A stretch of DNA of 64,000 nt from Octopus vulgaris (taxonomy: Eukaryota). The notes under the pieces were generated by a model. That model was not told the DNA's origin, did no database searches, and saw only the letters and a list, made by a program, of their open reading frames with translations. Below are positions 54,544-64,000 of the stretch, one piece after another; positions within the stretch are counted from its first letter, which is position 1, and each line of letters starts with the position of its first letter. The translations under genes and the position numbers were made by a program. The stretch is taken from the NCBI GenBank assembly GCA_951406725.2, contig OX597817.1, positions 173,476,001 through 173,540,000 of the forward strand. Direction: 5' to 3'.

Positions 54544-55532
54544 TATCAAAAAGTTCGCAGGCTAGTTCTGTAGTGCAGCAGATGGTTGCATGCAGAGAGA
54601 GAGCTAGCAGTGACTTTCATTAGGCTGTGTGCTGAGTGATATTGCCGGGTTTACTTTAGAAGTTGTGAAATTTGTGGTTTTGTGATGACATGAAAGCTGT
54701 AGTCTGTGATTTTTGTCATGGACAACAAGTTGGAAAACGGAGCTGACTTGAAATGTTGCAGGAAACTTGGGAAGTCTGCTACAGATACATTGAGTTATAT
54801 ACTTCAGCAATCTTATGGCAATGAGGCAATGGGTCGTACACAATATTTCGAGTGACACGGGTGCTTCAAAAGCAGAAGATGATGAGAAATCTGGCAGACC
54901 TTCCACAAGCATCACCCCCAGAAATGTGGAGAAAATTCCTCAGCTTATGCATGAATATCATCAGAGGACAGTCAACATTTTGAAGCATTTGGCAAAAGTG
55001 ACTGGATCTACGGAGTGCAAAGAATTGGATTCGTCACAATGAGAATGGACTTTGCTCTCCTCACTCTTGAGTTTCTTGCCAAAAACAACATGGTATCACT
55101 TCCATACACACCCTATTTGCCAGATTTAGCACCTATAGGCTTCCATCTCTTACCTAAGATGAAAATGCAGCTCAGATGTCACCGTTTTTATACCTATTTC
55201 TTTATTACCCACAAGGGGCTAAACATAGAGGGGACAAACAAAGACAGACATAGGTATTAAGTCGATTACATCGACCCCAGTGCGTAACTGGTACTTAATT
55301 TATCGACCCCGAAAGGATGAAAAGCAAAGTCGACCTCGGCGGAATTTGAACTCACAACGTAACAACAGACGTGGTGTCGAGATCAAATGCAAATCACAGA
55401 AGGTCCTCAATTTGCTTATGGAAAATGACTTCCAGATCAGATTCCAAAAGGAGATGATGTCAAAACTTAGTTAAATAAGTTATTTTTTTATATTAGACAT
55501 AACTAGTCTGGGAACTTTTTGATTCCACCTCG
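54544..55532 (+). mobile_element. Decayed mariner transposon with a SINE B insertion (about 55190-55372)
   Basis: EDDEKSGRPSTS and PYLPDLAPIGFHLLPKMK (degenerate YSPDLAP.DF) peptides; TIR remnants atcaaaaagttc / gaactttttgattccacctcg|ta. Confidence 0.88.
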
Positions 55533-55641
55533 TATAAAGATGCCAAAGCAGGCACAGGAGCATAATTCTGTCTTCAGACTTGTTGGATCCTTCTAACCCA
55601 TGCCAGCATAAAAGATGTTGATAATCCTGATGGTCATGATG

Positions 55642-55685
<44 letters not shown>

Positions 55686-57378
55686 ATATATACGTATGTG
55701 CATGCATGCAGGTATCAGTGTTTCTGTTTATATCTGCGCTTCTCCAAAAACCATGAGGTACCAGTGGTGTTGTCATTTCACCTGTGAATCAATTGTCTGC
55801 TGGTTTTGTGCATTGAAAGCCGTAAAATAAGGATTATTTTACTTGAAAAATAAGTAGGTGTTAGCAACAGGAAGAATATCCAGCATTGAAAAAATACCTT
55901 GATCCATGCTAGGTTAGGGATAAGTATGTAAAAATAAACAAAAGACACTAAAATAAGAGCATTGATACTTGTCAACTAGCCATCTGTCTTCTCTACCCAC
56001 TATTCTTGGGAGGATGGTTGGGGTAGATTCCTCAGGCACCTCCTCTGTAGGGTCCCATCAGAAGCAACCATAATCACATTTTCCAGTGGGATTCTCAAGT
56101 ATGACTAAACCAAGACTATGAATATTACCCAACTACCTTGTTCTTAATCTACCCCCAAGACTCCTGCAGGATAGCTCAGCTTGGAGAATCTATCTTGTGA
56201 TTCTTTTGTACAACATTCTAATCACATGTCTGTAGTGTCAGAGTTGTGATCTGTTGACGTAGAAAAGCACCGACTCAACCTGGAGAGGTTTCCTGATCTC
56301 CAAGTTATATTCCTCACTGAATAATGATACTCCAGAGATTCTACTGTTGTGAAATATCAATGGGTAGTGTCATAGTGTGACTATAGCCCCAAAAGGTACA
56401 TTTCAAATGAAAATTCAAGTTGGGGAGTATCTTATATATCTAGTATATATGTACATATATGGTAAAGGGTAAAGACCCCCTTCAGTCATGAATGACCATG
56501 GGATTGAACCTAGAAAGTTATGTTCCAAGGCACAAGTCCAGGCAAGGTTGTTTATGGAAGACCAGCAATTGCCAATGCATACCGGCCTCCCCACTCCACA
56601 CCACGAGTGTTATCCAAGGGAAAGGCAAAGACCGATACAGCTTGGCACCAGTGACATCACAACTCATTTCTAAAGCTGAGTGAACATGAAATAAAATGTC
56701 TTGGTCAAGGATACAACACACAGCCTGGTCTAGGAATTGAACTCATTACCTCATGATTGTGAGCCGGTGGCGCTCTAAACCACTGAGCCATGTGCCTTCA
56801 CATATATGTTTTTTCAGATAAATCTATAACTGATGTTGAATGTTCCTAATACCAGCAACTTATTCAAATAAAAAGTCTCATCTTTATCTCTGCTTCCAAT
56901 AATTTTGCATGTTGATAAACATAAAATTTCTGTGAAATGGTGTCTTTAGCAGAGAACCCTATTGCAATCACTTGAATCAAGTATTTAGTTGGGGGATCTT
57001 TTGCCTATGAGCTGTGATCCTTCTGTGCTGACTAACAAATTAATAAGAGATAAACACATTTGGTAGCTAACCAAGAAACCCGTTTTCAGATTAAGAGAAG
57101 TAACATTAAGTACTCCATTGAAGAATACATAAAATACAGGATTGTGAAGATTTTTCTGTATAGTTTCTTGATTTATCTTGTGTCATTTACTTGTATCAGT
57201 CATTGAACTCCAGCCATACTGGGGCCCCACCTTGAAGGGTTTTGGTCGAATAAATTGACCCCAGTACTTATTTTTTAAAAGTCAGTCTCTCTTATTGAAC
57301 TGCTAAATTACAGGGATGCAAACAAACCAACACTGATTGTCAAGTGGTGGTAGGACTAACACAGGCACACACACACAG

Positions 57379-57446
<68 letters not shown>

Positions 57447-57737
57447 TGAGCTTCCATTTAGTTTCTGCCTACTGAATTCACTCGCTAGGCATTGGTTGGC
57501 CCAGATCTATAGTAGGAAATGCCTGCGCAATGTAGCAGTCAAATATCCCTCAACATCACACACGCCCTAAAATGTGCCTTATCAAATGATTGATGACATT
57601 ATAATCATGGGTATTATTAAACTGATGAGAACCACCTGCCCAAGTGCTACATTCATCCCAATATTCATTTGAATGTAGTACTACTCAAATCTTCTGCTTA
57701 TATCTCATGTAGCACAGAACTCCTTTATTAATAAAAT

Positions 57738-58755
57738 TAACCCCGTCAAATGTAATGCCTATTTATTCACATTGCTTTGGAATTAATTATACATTATCTC
57801 AGTGGCTTAGTGGTTAGAGTAATTAACTCGCACTCGTAAGATTGTGAGTTTGATTCCTGGCAGCATATTGCTTCCTTGAGCAAGACACTTTATTTCAGAT
57901 TGCTCCAGTCCACTCAGCTGACAAAAATGAGTAGTACCTGTATTTCAAAGGGCCAGCCTTGCCCCATTATGTGTCACACTGAATCTCCTTGAGAACTACA
58001 TTAACCCTTTCATTACCAGCCCGGCTGAAACCAGTATAAATAATAATAATAATAAATAAATAATAATAATAATAATAATAAATAAATAATAATAATAATA
58101 ATAATAATAATGAAATTATTGTATAAATAATAATAATAATAATAATAATAATGAAATTATTGTATACAGTGCTCAGGTGCACCACAACTTGTCAGAAAGT
58201 GCATATAAAGTACATGCAGTAATGTAGAAATGTCTGGAAAGTGAACAATGTATGAGTCAGATACATGCTTGTGTGTGTATGGAGGGGAGAAAATCAGGTG
58301 TAGTGTTGGCGAATCTCAGGAAGCATGGAAGTCTTGAAGGATGCAGTGCTCCGACAACTAACAACCGATGCCGGCAGTTTGTCTTGTTTTCATAAGTTTT
58401 GAATTAAAATCTTCCCCCAAACCTTAGTCACAATTTAAGTTCCTAACACTAGCTGAATGATAACTAAGTTATTTTACTAAATTCTTTATCATATTTAAAG
58501 TAATTGAAAGAAACACTGAGCATCTCAAAATAAATACAGTAATGAAAGGGTTAAGGGTACATGTATCTGTGGAGTGCTCAGCCACTTACACATTAATTTC
58601 ATGAGAAGTCTGTGCCATTGATCGGATCAACTGGAAACCTCATCGTTGCAACCAATGGAGTGCCATATACATTATCTCATAGCTTCAAGATTTTGATGAT
58701 GTGACTATTTATTTTTAGAATGACATTGTAGGGTAGGTGAGAGAGGCTGGATCTC
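57738..58755. mobile_element. Four-level nested insertion cluster
   Basis: A MITE (relatives at about 46495-46730 and 61228-61430) is split by a SINE D with TSD tatacattatctca. That SINE is split by a piggyBac MITE (58005-58550, TTAA), which is split by a LINE tail at about 58035-58380. Confidence 0.8.
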
Positions 58756-60369
58756 TCTCTCTCTCTCTCTGTGCTTGAAAAGATATGTCAAGCTAAGTGA
58801 AATCATGTTCATGGCCAGTGCTGGTGACATGTAAAGAGCACCCATCCCAGTGACACATAAATGGCACCCAAGCTAGTGACACATTAAGGACACCCATGCC
58901 AGTCATACATATAAGGCTCCCTTGCCGGTGACATGTAAAAGATATCCAGTACACTCTGTAGAGGGATTGACATTAGGAAGGGCATCCAGCCATAGAAACC
59001 AAGCGAAACTCCAGTCAAACCATTTAACCCATACAGAGAACAGACATTAAAGAATGATGATGATGATGATATATATATTTATATATTATATGTGGATGTA
59101 TATATATATATATATATATTGTGTGTGTGTACATGCATATGTGTGCATATGTCTCAGTGCTTAACAACCAGTGTTGCTTTGTTTACATTTTCCCCCATAA
59201 CTTTGTGGTGCAGCAGAAAAGACCAATAGAAAAGTACTAGACTTCAAAAAACAAAACATAAATACTGAGGTTGATATGATAGATTGAAGCCTTCTAAGTT
59301 GTGCCCCAGCAATGCCACAGCCCTATGAATGAAACAAGTAAATGAATAAAACAGTCCCTCGGAAACTGACTCAGTCATTTGGGTTTTCTAAATTTCATAA
59401 TCACTTGAGATTTAATGTTAACCCTAAGATTGATTATCTAAGATATTAATCCCACCAACTCTTTATAATCAGCAATGATTTTAAGCTGGAATCACCAAGC
59501 TCAGTTTGTCCGCTCTGCTTTCATTCTTGGGACCAAACAGCCATAAGATCATCATTTCCAGCAATGTTTTCTATACAAAAAAAAAAAGAAAAGAAAAATG
59601 AAATGGAATAAAAATGAATGAAAATGTGTTTTACAAATCTGTTTCATGAGAATATTCTCAGCATAATTAATTAATTGAAGTAAACAAATTTATTAGGTGT
59701 TTTTTTTTAAAGCAAGCCAAAAAAAAAACAGCCCCTCCCCTAAAAAAAACTAAATCTCATTTATATATATTTATTGTCTTAGAAATGTTAAAAAATTCTT
59801 TCTTCTTTTCCCTGTTTTTTTTTTCTTTTTTGTTTTCCCTTAATATTTCACCAATAAATAAATGTGAGTTAAACAGGTTAAAATGGCCCTACAGTTGAAA
59901 ATCCTTTATCCAAAATCTGAAACTATGTTATTTTAAAAATAAAATGCTGACGTTTTTCCAGTTTTCTTTTTATTTACCTGTAATCATGTTCAATGCTTTG
60001 TTTTTATACCTTACATAAACTCTAACATCTGTATAGCTTAAAAAATTAAGTACAAATGGCGAACATGTACTGTAACCTGTAAATCAAAACAGGACATCAT
60101 AGTGGAAACTGGTAGTTTATCTTTCTAATAGAATTATGCATAAAAGGTTATTAAAAAATTATATAGAACTACATTCAAGATATATCTATAAGCTATATTA
60201 TGAAATCTATTGTGTTTAGACCTGGGTCCCATCTCAAAGCAGCCCCAGTTTACAGGTGTTGATATAAGAATATTCCAAAATAAAAACAAAATTCAAAGTC
60301 TGTAACACTTTCAGTTCCAGGAATTTGGGATAAGGGATTCTTGACTGTTATAAGAATTTTTCATATTAA

Positions 60370-60780
60370 AGCTTTATCGGATAAAGAAAGACAGAGCCCA
60401 TAGCTTATATCCTTCCCATGTCCTCTATAAGAAGGAATTTGAGAAGGACAAGAATGAATGAGGAAAAAGTGTTTAGTAACGCAGAGCGTATGGAGTGAAA
60501 CAGTGAGAATCTCCAGAAGAAGAGTGCTGGATAAAAACAAGCGAGTGGAAACGGAGGTGGTAGACATTCGTGTTTGGATAAGCAAGGAAGACAACAAAAT
60601 GGGGTGGTTTACAAGTGCTTGTGGTATGTTAAGGAATAAAGGGGTTCATCAACGGAGATGGCTTTGTTTATTTGTTATGATTAGGTATCTCAGCATTGTT
60701 TGGGTTAATAATAAATATCACAACTTTGCACAAAGCACAGCAAGGGGCTTCATTCTCTTCACAACTCCCTGAACATGGCA
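60370..60780 (-). mobile_element. Decayed CR1/L2-like LINE ORF2 3' fragment
   Basis: Minus-strand translation resembles a LINE ORF2 C-terminus (STRL...TKHF...LP); frameshifted, weak recognition. Confidence 0.4.
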
Positions 60781-62907
60781 ATGAACACAACTCCATGATG
60801 GATGGGTAGTCAAGGTCAGATTCTCTTTTGTTAAAAGATTTGTGTTTTTTCAGGATCTGTAGGCATTCTCATATTTTGGACTCCTACTTACTTGCAGATT
60901 TTCAGTTAGGATTTTAAGCATCTTTAAGCATTCTCAGATTTTGGGATCCTATTTACTTGAAAATTTTCAAATTATTTATGTTACACTTGATGAATACAAT
61001 TTCCAAACCAATGTTTTCTTTATACAGTGGAACCAAAACGCATTTGCTTCTTCAATACAATGTTCACATATAAGTCAGCATGTCATTAAGAGTTCTTTTT
61101 GGGGGTTAACGATAAATATCACACATATATACTATAATTTGAAACTAAAATTCTTAGTTGAAATTTACCTTAATTCTGCATTGAGCTTTTATTAATTGGC
61201 AGGTGAGTAACATGACTTCAAATTCCAACCCTTTGGCATCCAGATTACTCTATCAAATGTGATATTTATTCACGTTGCTTTGAATTAATCATACATTATC
61301 TTGTAGCTTCAAGATTTCAATGATGTGATTGTTTATTTTTCAGATGACATTGTAGGTGTGAGAGTCTGAATTTGTCCGGTTTGAATATAAAGTCAGTAGA
61401 TTATTCGGACCAGATATAGTTGATTTAAATACAATACAGCCAGTTTAAATACTATTTTGTTATGGTTCTGATTAATGGTTAACAGTGTTGATTGCAATCC
61501 ATTGGAAAATACCAATTCTCATTAACACCCTGCTGAAGTAATGGTTTGATGACTTGTCTCCAAATTATCAGCACCAGACGGATTCTATGGTCAAAATACT
61601 AAACTCAAACCACCTTAGACACAAGGGAAACACCACAGAAAAGTACAAGTACAGACAACTAACCCAGGCAGCTAAAACTGGTTGGTTAAGAGCAAGTTTC
61701 TTTCCAGACTATGAGGTATTTCTTAGTTACTGAATGTCATGGACAGAGTAATAAGTTACTCCTGTGTACACCAATGCATGGAAGTAATTGTAGGAGAAAC
61801 CGAATATTAAATAAGCAATCAATAGCCTTAATATTTTGATATCATTAGCAAGTTTGTTTATGTTGAGGTCTACTTTTATGTTTTTTTGAGCAATGTTTTA
61901 AGAGAATTTACTTTGCAATAAAACTCTCTGGACAATGTAATTTTAAATTTGTAACAGATAAAAATATTTTGTGAAAATAAGAGGAAGAAAGAAAGAGGGG
62001 GAGGGGGAGAGAGAGAGACAAAATAGAGGAGAAAGAAAGAAAGAAAGAAAGGAAGAGAAAAGAAAGAAAGGAAGAGAAAAGAAAGAAAGAAAGAAGTTGA
62101 AGAAAGACTAGAAAGAAAGCATCTGCACTTTTACTAACTGCATAAAATAACAAAAATTAAAGTCTTTACAAATATCAAATCAATGTTTAAGATGAGACGA
62201 AAACAAAAGAAAAGAAATATGAATAAAATCAGTTATAAAATAAATAAAAATAGTTTTACATTTTGACTACAAAACTTGTGAAACTACATGAAATTATTGA
62301 ATGGTTGAAAAATAGTTTCTATTTTGTTCCTTTTTTCGGTTGAGAAAATAAGTCGTTCGCAATTGTTTATTATTTACCATTGTTTATTTTTGTAAATTAA
62401 AAACAGACCACAACTCACGACGTTTCGAGTTACGTCGTTTTCAACTTTACACTCGACTTTACGTCTTTTTCTTCCTTTTTAAAGAAATTAATAGGAAAAA
62501 TTAAACCTCAACGTCCCACCATCTGACTTCAAGTCGGTGTCAGTAAACATGTTTAAAGGCATAAAAATTATTTTCAAAATCAAAAAACTAATACTGAAGT
62601 GGAAAATCAGATAAAATACAGGTGGAACTATGAATGGACCATCTTGGATCGCTTCTGTTTGCCTTCACTTTTTGAAATTTGAAAATTAAGCGAAAATTTT
62701 CAATTACCCCAAAATTTCCAAACTATTAACTTTTATTTATTGATTTATGACTTAAATAAAAATGCTTTTCAATAATTAGCATACAGAACATCGATACAGC
62801 AAACCCGAAATCAATTGGAACAAAATTGAAGAAATTGAAAAGTGAAAGCCAAACAGACAATCTGTTAAAACAGATTATAAACTAATTAAGTTTTTATTGC
62901 GTCATTT

Positions 62908-62944
62908 TGTGTGTGTGTGAGTGTGAGTGTGTGTGTGAGAGTGT

Positions 62945-63025
<81 letters not shown>

Positions 63026-63035
63026 TGTGTGTGTG

Positions 63036-63095
<60 letters not shown>

Positions 63096-63126
63096 TGTGT
63101 GAGTGTGTGTGAGTGAGTGTGTGTGT

Positions 63127-63184
<58 letters not shown>
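62908..63184. repeat. (TG)n microsatellite with GA interruptions
   Basis: Direct reading. Confidence 0.97.
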
Positions 63185-63187
<3 letters not shown>

Positions 63188-63446
63188 GTCGGTTTTCGAG
63201 TTTAAGCTTCATGTCTTAACAGACGACAATTACAGACGACACAAGTTGAAGCATGTCTGTAATATATATTTGTAAAAATTTGAATAAGATGACGCTGACA
63301 ATAAATAAGCTGGGCTGCCGGCAGAGTTAGGAAGCACCAAGTTGGAATTTCTCTGTTTTGACGGGGAGTTTTCATATTTTTTTCCACAGCGCTCTGGGAA
63401 ATGATTGGGAGCATATTTAAAAAAAAAAAAAATTTTCCTAAAAAAG

Positions 63447-63990
63447 TTTTTAACCCCAACTCCCCCCCCCCCCCATCTCCTCTTGCCCTCTCCGGACCGA
63501 TTTTGGTCGATGATTTGTGGGGTGGACACTACACACTTAAAAACTATAGGAGAAGCCTTTACGATAAAAAAAAAAGACATATTTTTTTAAAGAAAAGGTG
63601 TGTGAATTAAGGGACGTTTGGTTGTTGTTTCTAGCATATCTCATGACCGGTAAGGTTTAGGGCTGATAAAATTCCTAAATTTTCAAAAACAAAAAAATTT
63701 AAATACCATAAATGAGTTTACGCTATTAACGGGGAGAAAAATATTGAAAAACATCAGAGTGGGGGAAAAAACTAGGAAGGTGGTCATGTGATAAGCAAGA
63801 AACAACAGCCAAATGTCCCTTATACCACACACCTTTTCGTCTGAAAATACGTACTTATTTTTTTTACCGAAAAGGCTCCTCCTGTAGTTGTTAAGTACGT
63901 AGTGCCCCAAAAAATCATGGTGCGTAGTGCCCACAAAAGTGACCAAAATCGGTCCGGAGAAGGGAAGATAGGGGGAAAGGGTTAAAAAAA
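63447..63990. repeat. Diverged inverted repeat, about 200-bp arms (63447-63648 / 63782-63990)
   Basis: tctccggaccgattttggtc / gaccaaaatcggtccggaga; gaaaaggtgtgtg / cacacaccttttc; catgacc / ggtcatg. Confidence 0.85.
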
Positions 63991-64000
63991 CAATTGGCGA

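Overview
AT-rich, repeat-dominated animal genomic DNA. The tRNA-headed SINE families and very long (TA)n/(CA)n/(TACA)n/(CAT)n tracts look like an octopus (coleoid cephalopod) genome; this is inferred from recalled repeat families, not from a search. One well-supported protein-coding gene lies on the minus strand: a secreted purple acid phosphatase (ACP7/PAP-like, about 474 aa) with coding exons 27170-25925 and 17650-17472 and all five metal-ligand motifs intact. The rest is transposon debris: four SINE-like families, decayed RTE/CR1 LINEs, a mariner relic, piggyBac- and hAT-type MITEs, and a canonical non-autonomous Helitron. Most ORFs in the track are microsatellite or SINE artefacts. The most unusual signal is a set of long inverted repeats with 100-200 bp arms, together with several minimal hammerhead-ribozyme-like motifs that have non-canonical 8-nt cores. 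One motif reconstructs to a compensatory G3-C8 swap, and two of the hairpins fold back at or beside such a motif. This pattern is consistent with Penelope-like retroelement termini. Repeat boundaries were read by eye and are approximate unless termini are quoted.
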